64,000 nucleotides of DNA, from the NCBI GenBank assembly GCA_905178155.1, contig CAJINV010000002.1, positions 13,088,480 to 13,152,479 on the forward strand, written 5' to 3'. Made by a program: the position numbers and the translations under genes. The stretch is from Amoebophrya sp. A120. Its lineage: Eukaryota; Protista; Dinoflagellata. The notes below the pieces were generated by a model. That model did no database searches, was not told the origin of the DNA, and worked only from the letters and a program-made list of their open reading frames with translations. Below, one piece after another: positions 52,101 to 61,100 of the stretch (within the stretch, counting starts at the first letter, position 1; each line of letters starts with the position of its first letter).

Positions 52101-55100
52101 TGTCACCGTAGGTGAACAGGTGAACTTGTTGAACGACCCAGAACCGCAACAGGCCGGAGTGGTGGGCGAGAAGGGAGCAAAAGGGCAAAAACAAAAAGAA
52201 GCTTTGGCGGGGCGCCACCGACCGCAACAAAAACCCCAAGCCGCAGCATCACCTCGCGACCATGGCCAGACCGATCCCCGCGACCGCCTCAAGGCCTGGC
52301 GAAAGGAGCTCGCCAGCCGTGTGTTGCGGAACCTTATGAAGGCGGACGCTAAGCAAGATCCTGCGTGGCGCGACCGCACTCGAGACTCGCTAGTCCTGCA
52401 TCCCCTCAGCATAGCCCACGATCACATCGCGATCGCCGCGATTGTGTCGATTGTCCCAACCGGTTCCGCGTCCTCCGCACAAAATGCTCAGCCTGATATG
52501 AATGCCTTGATGAGCGCCTATCCCCACCGTTTTGAGGAGCTGTTGGCATTCCATACAACCCGCATGGAGCAGCTATTCAAACTTCTTAGCAAGGACTTGC
52601 TTCCCGTTGGCGATGGCGGGAATGTTCATACCCCCAGAGCACTAAAGTCGGAATCGATGCACCCGACGCGGCAACGGACAATGTCGACGACCGGCAAGAA
52701 CGACGATGCCCAACCGTTGGGGGTGATGATGCGGAAATTCGAGTTCTGGTTGCAATTTCATCTGTGGGCGTTTCTCCCCGGCCTGCGCGCCGCTGTTCCC
52801 CCGCAGACAATCTTGGGCAGCGAGGACAATGCAACTTCCGCCGAAAAGGAAGCAGAGTTGGAGCTTAGTAAGTGGGCTGTGTTTCTGCACACAACCACCC
52901 ACGCTCAGCGGACGCAGGCATCCTCCACAGGCGCGAACGCAGGACGCGACGCGGCTACATTGTCTCGCGTGCTCAAAGGATATGATACAAATGGAGTGCT
53001 CATTATGCTTGGCCCCATGCTCACCCTCGCCATCAAATTCTGATGCTTACTTAAACACTTACTTATCGTGCAATTCGCGAGGCTCTCGGTCGGGTAGAAG
53101 TGGAGCAGATGCTTGATATGTTGTAAGCTCGGGACAGTTCTAACTGGATGCAAACAGAGTATCAGTTTTCTATGAAGCCCAGCTTCCTGGCTGAAAAGTT
53201 CTGGTGCCAGCTGTCATGCAAAATGGAGGCTGGACCTTCACCTTCCCGAGTGGCGATTTCCACGTAGTGGTTGTTTTCATTTTATTCGAAGTTGTAACTC
53301 GGCTCTCATTAAGCAGGCACAGAGCTAATAGGCGTGCTCATTTCAAATTAGGTGAGGGCAGCATGGCGTTTTTTGAACAGGATATTGATCGATATGGAAA
53401 GTGACCCAAAAGTTGTTGTCCGGCTTTTCACGACGTTAGCCGATGTTGCCCTACACAACGCGCATGACAGCCGTGAAAGTGGCAAGGCGCAGGTGAAGGA
53501 GACGGTCTTTCCGCCCAGCATCTTGCGAGAGTTCTTTGCTCGCTTGTTGTCCCTCGGCGAGAAATCTCGCCCGCTGCTTGAATATTTGGTAAAGAACCCC
53601 AAAGCTGTGTGCATGCTTCTTGAACGGATGGAAGACGAGGAAAGCGGTTCCCTCATGCGTTTGCTGACCGCGAAAATCTTTCTCGAAGGTCTGCACGATA
53701 GTACTGTACGACGCACTCGCAAACCAAACGGCTCGGATAATTCACAACAATGTTTCGGGTCAGCTAGTCGAATAAGATGGGACGCCGAAGAGAGCGAAGA
53801 GAGCGACGGGACCAGCAGCGACAGCGATATGGACGAAACGATCCACGACGTTTCCGCATTCGAGTACTTCGTGAAAAAGCTGCTCGAGCTTCTCAAAGCC
53901 GGGCAGACACGACTTGACAATAGTCTGCAACAACAAAGTGGACCGCGTAACCCGCGGCTCTTCAGTAAGTTTGTGCAAAGCGCCGTCTATCGATTCAAAT
54001 ACCGCAACCGCGCCCATTCTGGATGGGGATATAGTATGAGTGAATGTTTACAGGAAATTCTTGGCGCCACTGACTCAAGAAACACATTTATGTCCTCGTG
54101 AAAAAAAAGCCATTTGCGCACCGCCAAAAGATATGAATGCATGGGCACCGAAAGCAAACAGTTTGGGTTTGCTCTTGACAGGCCTTTTTTGTGCCGCTAA
54201 TCTCTATTTAACTGCAACGCAGCACATTTTCCCAAATGTTGAATGGGTGCTCTTTTCCATTTGATACAGCTTCAGAGGCGTACGAGCAGGAGTATGCGGC
54301 GCAAAACGCATACCTGAGAGAAAATGGCTAGCATAGGCACTGTATCCGTGACCATGGATGTACAACAATACAACGAGCACCACACTTCGACAGAAATGTG
54401 CCTGCATAGGCTCATCAACTACACTTATTTCTAATGGCCGATGCCGCTGCGTATGCAATCTTGTATATACAGGTCTACTGTGCTAGCTCTTTTCTCAGTG
54501 ATAAGCGCCACCTCCTGCGGCCCACGAGGCACGACAATTCATCCAACAGCCTTGCGGTGCACCTAACGAACATTCAAACCGCGCTAGCCCAACTAAACGA
54601 GCAGGTCACACACATTCCCTCAAGCCAGGTTCTCAAATTCCAGGCGCAATTGCACCAAGGATCGCTTGCAGTAGCGGAGGAGCTTTTGCAACAGAAGCTG
54701 GACTCTAACCTGAGCGCCTTGCCATCTGCTTCCGAGAATGGGGAGCAAAGTTTTTTGGCTGACGAGGCCCGTCAGCTCTGGCAGGATCGCACGTACGGAC
54801 GGGCCCTGCAGGGGCGCATTCTCCGCCTGATTCGAGAAAAAAGCGACCTCAGTTTTTTGGTAAATTTACTGCAAAGGAATGACTGGCTTGCAGTGGGAGT
54901 ACTAGACGAACGAAACAAAAATGGCGCTACTGCTGCTGCTGTGGTGCCGGATGTGTTTGGGGGAATTTTTCATGTAGCAGCGGACACAGCATGCCCGGCC
55001 GAAAACGTAAACTATGGCGCACAGCCAACCGGACCTAGCAGTTCGCGGTTGTCCAGTCAACAAGCGACGGGCGCCTCTTCTGATGAAAATTTCGCCAACA

Positions 55101-58100
55101 CAGCCTATGTCAGCATGAATGTGCTTTGGACAGCTTTGGATGCTGCGCTTTCCGAGGACAACGAGATTGAACTATTGCCATGGCTTCAGAAGGCCATGGA
55201 ACCCGAAATCAGGAAAGAGACGATCTCGGAGCAGGACCAGCCCTTCTGGCGTGCTGTCCGCTTTGCGGCGGTGCAACGATACGTATTTCATCACAATGTG
55301 AGCCCAAGCCCAACGGTGCTCGACAAGATCTGGGAAATCATCAAACGCTCCGCTGAAAAGGAAAAACTTGACATCTCATCTGGATTGCGCCGTGTGCTGA
55401 ACTACTGCCGAAGCTGGGCCCAGGGTATCATGAGTAAAAGCCCCCCGCCGTCCCCATGGGCATGTTGCTCAAAGGAAGCTGGCTCGCACCTGAACATGTG
55501 CACAAAATCGAGTTGACTTGTCTTCCAAGACGTTCAAGTACTTATCAGGCATTTTTCACTTCCAAGCGAGGGCGACCCGTCGTACTATTCTGTTATCGTG
55601 CAGATCTTGTAGGCGAGTGGTGGCTGCAGTGCCAAGGACTACTCAGCACGCGTCTGTTGAATTGCCATGGTTCTTCTGTGACCGACTGTATGTAGCGCTA
55701 GCCATGCTCAGAATTATGCCGACAATTTTTCTTCTCTGTTCCAGGGCGGGGGAGGTTTTTTTAGTGTGATACAGTGCGAAATCACGTTCCCGCCAGATGA
55801 CGGCGTTGACGCCGACGGTCTACAGGAGCAAGTTGCGCAATCTGGTTCAACAGGTGGGGTTGCGACGCAACGTCACCTGGTTGATCACAAGTCTCATATC
55901 ACATAGAAAAGCAAACCCTACCGGCAAAAAGAGCTGCCTCGATCAATTGCGTTTTCGATACTAGATATGTTTTGCATTGAGTGCCCTGCTGTAGTAGCGC
56001 AACGCTGACAAATCGGGACGTATTTTCTGTCATGTTAAACGAACACTGCTGAAATTCGGACTAGCAGTCGGCAATGCAAAAATCCACAAGAAATATCTGT
56101 AGAGCTGTGCCCGAAGAGCGGTCTGGAATGCACGAGCCGCTAGCACGTCGCTAAGACAGCAAAAAGCATGCGGCTTCGGAGTCCGCGTGACCCGCTAATT
56201 GCAGAAGGTGGCTGCGGGTTGCGAAAGGAAAGAGCGGGTCGCTTCGTATTTCTGTTCGGCCTGAACAAAATGTACTGGATCTGATCTGACGAGTTTGCTT
56301 TTCTCTGCGATACTTTCCGCACGAGGATCAGCAGCGCAAGTGGAAGGGACGCATCTTGACGGGGATGCCGACGACCGGCTTGCTGCGATCTCGTTCGTGC
56401 TGCGTTTGGCGATGGTTCACCTGCTTCCACAGATGGATGCTATTACTACCGACCACGAAATATCTCTGCTGCACGCCCTGAGCCCCACGAAACTTACGAA
56501 TTACGACAATCTCTGGCTGCCTGGAATGTCTGGCTCCGAGGATATCGCAGCGGAGGTGTACACGGTGCATCAGTCTCAGGTCGAAACAAAGTCGAGGCAT
56601 TATCGCGGTGACGGAAGGTCTCAAATCGAACGAATTACTTCAATTGTCCGCCACAGAGCCTGCAGGAGGTTCATACATGTCGGTGCTTGTGGTGGTTTAG
56701 GGAATGACGATGGGCGCCTTTGCACTGTTTGTGGCGGAAGGATTGGCGGAGGTCACGGAGAAATGACGGATGCACATGGCAACGAGTTGCCCGCTGACGA
56801 CCCCAGAAAGATCGGCACCTTGAGCAACGAGTTGGTGTACGGAACAGCGTACTTCATCGACGTCAGGGGCATTGGAGAATCACGCGGGTCGAGTTTGGAC
56901 GCGCTAAGGGAGGAAGGCCCCACGGGAGACGTGTTGGCAGACAATGATGGGATATTTGATAGAGCGGCTATTAGTTGGCAGCGCCATTCATCGCGGGCCC
57001 GGCGAAGTTTACCGGAAGACCGACGCGAGAGCGCGCTGAAAGAGAACGACTTCACGCCCGAAGAAGACCTGACTCGGCCGGAAACTGTGGCTCGCAGAGA
57101 CTACAGCTACTCCCGTCTGTACTCTTGGGGGCCCCGGCGCGACGTAGGGCGTACGGAGCGGCAGCTACTCTTGGCGCTCGTGCACGCAAGCCGTGTGCTT
57201 ACGGACATCGTTATTGGACCAGGTAGAAGCTCCGCGGAATCTGGAAGTCTATCTGCGCCAGCTGGATCAAGCGGCGGTGACGCTCGTGCCTTTGGTCACA
57301 GTGCCGCAGTAGATGAGCTGACTCATCTCTCTGCTGCGAGTGAGGATCTGCTGCTCGACGTGCGATTTTTCCGGGATCGGTTGCGCAGCGAAGACGGGGT
57401 AGATCTGACGGCCCTTGGTATAGCCGCGGTGTTTCAGCACGTTGCCAGTAATATCGAGAAGGCAGTGGACCTACGGGATGTCGTCCGCCTTGACAATGAG
57501 GCAAAGGCAGAGATCGGCGCGACGTGGAACAACGACCCGAACGACCCCAAGATTGCCTCAGTGTATGAGAACCCCAGTCTGGCAACCAATAAGCCTGAGG
57601 TGCGCACGAGCTCCGTCGCAGACTACCTTCCGTATTTTCAAAGTTTCACTACAACGAAGCACCGGAGGTATTGGGAGCGCGAGGCCCTTCGCCGCGTCGT
57701 GCGCCCAGTGCTTCCCGACTGCCCGGACGCGCAAAAGGCGATGCTGAAGCCGTTCCATGACGCAGCGACCAAGATCTTGAAGGTGCAAGGACCTCCAAAA
57801 CGGGCCCACCAATGGTTGGAGGAGAACAAAAAGGCGGAGGGCGAAGCGTTTCAGGACTGGCCCGACCCGGCAGAAAGCGAGCAGAAAATCGAGAGCCGTT
57901 TGGCAAGGGGTTTCGAAATCGAAAACATTGTTCGGGCGCGCCTTGAGGCTACTAGAAATCGCCATCTCTCGGACAGTACTGTAAAGCAGGTTGCACCTCT
58001 GAAAATTTTTGGCACTTTATTTGGGTCCTTCTCCAGTAACGCGACAAACTGGCGCATGCAGCTCTTCAGAGCGCTGAATGGACCCACTTTAATCTTCCCG

Positions 58101-61100
58101 GCACTTCGCCTGTGGTCACATCTAACCCAATGCCTCGAGGCAAGCCGCTACTCCCCACGCAAAGCATTTGGTGCTGTGCTCGATGATCTAGCTTCGCAAG
58201 GTCCCGAGAGAAACGGCGGCTTTACGGCTACGGACTTGCGCGCGGGAAAGATCGCTGCCGCATGTTTGATCCAGCTCGCCGCCGACAAGAACGCACTTCC
58301 AGCGTTAGAGGGCGACAGCAATACGACTTGCGTCGACTTTCTTCGCGTTTCAGGAGCGGGCGTTGAACCACGGAGCCGCTATCTCAACAAGGTCTGGAGT
58401 CAAACCCTGCAGGAGCTGTTTGGGTTAGGTGGCAAAATGGAAAAGGCGTTTCAAGAGGTGGTAAATTTACAAAATGAGTTGCTGGTCCATGCTCGCCAGT
58501 CCGGCTACATTTCCCCTGAATCTTGGCGCAGCAAGCGACCACGTCCATTGCAGTCTCTTTCTGCAGCAGACGGTGATGGAGAAGTGTTTGGGACGCGCGA
58601 CAGCTACAGGTTTTGGGATGAGCTCGTTGCGCACGCCAACTTACACAAAACTGGGGTAGGCCGTGTGACATTGAATCAGGACGAGAACAAAGACGCCGAG
58701 CTTGTTGAGAGGTTGGAGCGCACTTTCTACGCTTTATACTTGGCTGACCGGGGGTTGCTTGCATTCCGCGAGGACGAAAACGGGACCCATGATGTCCAAG
58801 GCGGCGCCACGAGCGAAGGTGGCTGGCAAGTTGAAGGAATGGACGTGGCAGCACCCTCTCCCAGTGGCGCGATGGGCCCGAATGCCGGGACCGACGATTA
58901 CCCCGAACTCAGGCAGCGTCTTCTCTTTGATTTTTACGACGTGCCCGGCCCGCTCAAGTTGATCAACGAGTTTTGCAAGGAGATGCTGACTGCGCCCACC
59001 GGGGAAGTTCCGGACCTGACAATCCCGCTGAAGGATATGGGCATCATCTCCCGGCTCTTGCAGAAGCAGTTCCTGCACGAACATAGTCAGCGCGTAGCAG
59101 AAGCGGTTTCCGCGCAGAGTCACGCACTGTTCGAAACAAGCGCGAGGAACAGGGAAGATCGCATGTCGCAAGTCTCTGACTGGATTGCGCAGACGCAGCA
59201 ACAGCCTGCCGGCGCCACAGATGAAACGGCTCATGCTCCCGATGCCGATCCTGTCGCATCGCCGCGTGGCATTGCCCGGGGGTTGCGCTCTCGTGCCGAT
59301 GGGCCCGTAAGAGAAAACGCGCGCACTTCCGAATTGGAAAGCGCGTGCTTCACGTCACCTGCAGTTTCGGAGTGGAAACGGTATGCAACAACGCAGCTGC
59401 AGGAGTATTTCAAGGCGACCTTGCAACTACAGCTGACCTCCGCCAGTCTGCTAAAGTATTTTGAGGATGGCAAGAAAAAATGGAATCAGAAAATCACGGC
59501 AAGCCAAATATTCATGTTGGAACGGTGGCTGCGCATCAAAAATCACAACACTGCCCGGACCTTTTTGCCTAGTTTTTTTTGGGCCGCGTTGCACGAGGAA
59601 TGGAAGACGGAGGACCCGGAATTACCGGGCCAGGGTGCAGATCAGGACCCGGAAGAGCGAGAAGCGAAGGTGAAAGAAAAGCTTCAGCACTACTACCACC
59701 ATTACCCGAGTCATTTTTTTGAAAAAGCCTCGGGGCAGCAATATCTCGCCCGCGCCGCGGCAAGTTTCCTGCCGGAGCAGCACCGCCTGAAGTCACGAGC
59801 GGCAGGGAGAGCGTATGAGAGTGGTCCAGGGTGGGAAATATTCATGAAAGCGAGTAGATGAGCATACCACAATGAGCATGATTTTTGACACTGTGCGTTA
59901 GCGTGAGTGTGTTATTTCCGACCCATCGACTGCTCTTTATGGTATTCTTCATTCGTGATCATGCCGACGACGCACGTGCAGACTTCTTCACTAAGATGAC
60001 TGCTCAGACTTCGACTTTTGATTTTGCATCGCACACTAATCATTTCGGAAAGTACTTCCCATCGCCTGATATGGCCTGCATACTGAAGAATACGAATGCA
60101 TCTTGCAGATCTGGCGCGGGCTGACACACGAGGCTGAACGCAACCCACCGGGGATCTCAAACTCCTCCCAGAAGACAAGCAAATTCCGTTATGAACAGGC
60201 AGTCTCGGAACGCCGCAAATACACGAAGATGTTGAGGGACGGCAGTTCGGGTTCGGATTCCGAAAGTGTCGATGTCTCCTGCCTTTCGGAAGAAAACAAA
60301 GGCTGTGCACCCGACGACCCGGGCGATAAGGCGCCCGAAAGTCCTGTAATCTCTCCCGAGGAAGAGGGACGCTTGCCAGTTTCGCAGTACGTCTTTCGCC
60401 GTTGTGAGTCGCTCGGCTTGGATGAGCGTAAGTTCGTTTGGGAAACAGCGAAGCGTGTCTTGGAGTCTGGCCGAGCTCAGCAAATCACTTTGGCGCTGCA
60501 CCACCTCGCCCAACATTGGGTCGCGCACGAGACCCGCGTTGGCGAGATCCCGAAAAAAGATTTGATACGACCAAATAATCGCTTCTTTGAACTGCGCGAT
60601 CTTTTTGTGCAGTATTTCGCACTAGAGAAGGGACCTGAAGTCCTGGAATACGCGGACGCGCTTTTTTTTCAGACCACTGGCCGATCTGCGCAAGACGCCG
60701 AGCAGAGCGTGCGAAGCGCTCTCGGACGCATCACCACTACTGCAAGCAATCGACCCCCCATTTCCATACTCAAAAGAATTTGCTAGATCATAAATCGTGT
60801 AAGTAGCTCGGCTCAGTACTCCTCAGACTTGATGCGTCCTTTCCTTATAGACACTGCCTCGCACGATAACTGTGGTGGGTAGGGCAGCTTTGTTGTGTCA
60901 TACTTAGTTGAAAAGGCGAATTCTTGCGGCTTACTTGCTAATTTGTTGCCACCGCGCTCGTTCTCCCCCTGCAAGGTAGGGCTCTCGGACACAAAGAGGT
61001 CACTTGCATGCACAGGTCATGATCGGAAGCATCCCGGTTGCGAAAAAACCATGGAACGAACGCCACGCAAATTTTTCTATAAGTAGTACTTATGGGGCGG

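Noticed and set aside
52996-53351. 9-bp direct repeat GTGCTCATT (52996/53334) as an intron boundary
   Set aside because: It is frame-compatible but runs into TAG at 53349, and the IR arm lies downstream of it, favouring a junction near 53371.
55420-55746. CCAGGG direct repeat (321 nt) as an intron boundary
   Set aside because: It is in frame, but would leave the 3' IR arm (55745-55772) in the exon. The IR-defined end at about 55774 fits the pattern of the other introns better.
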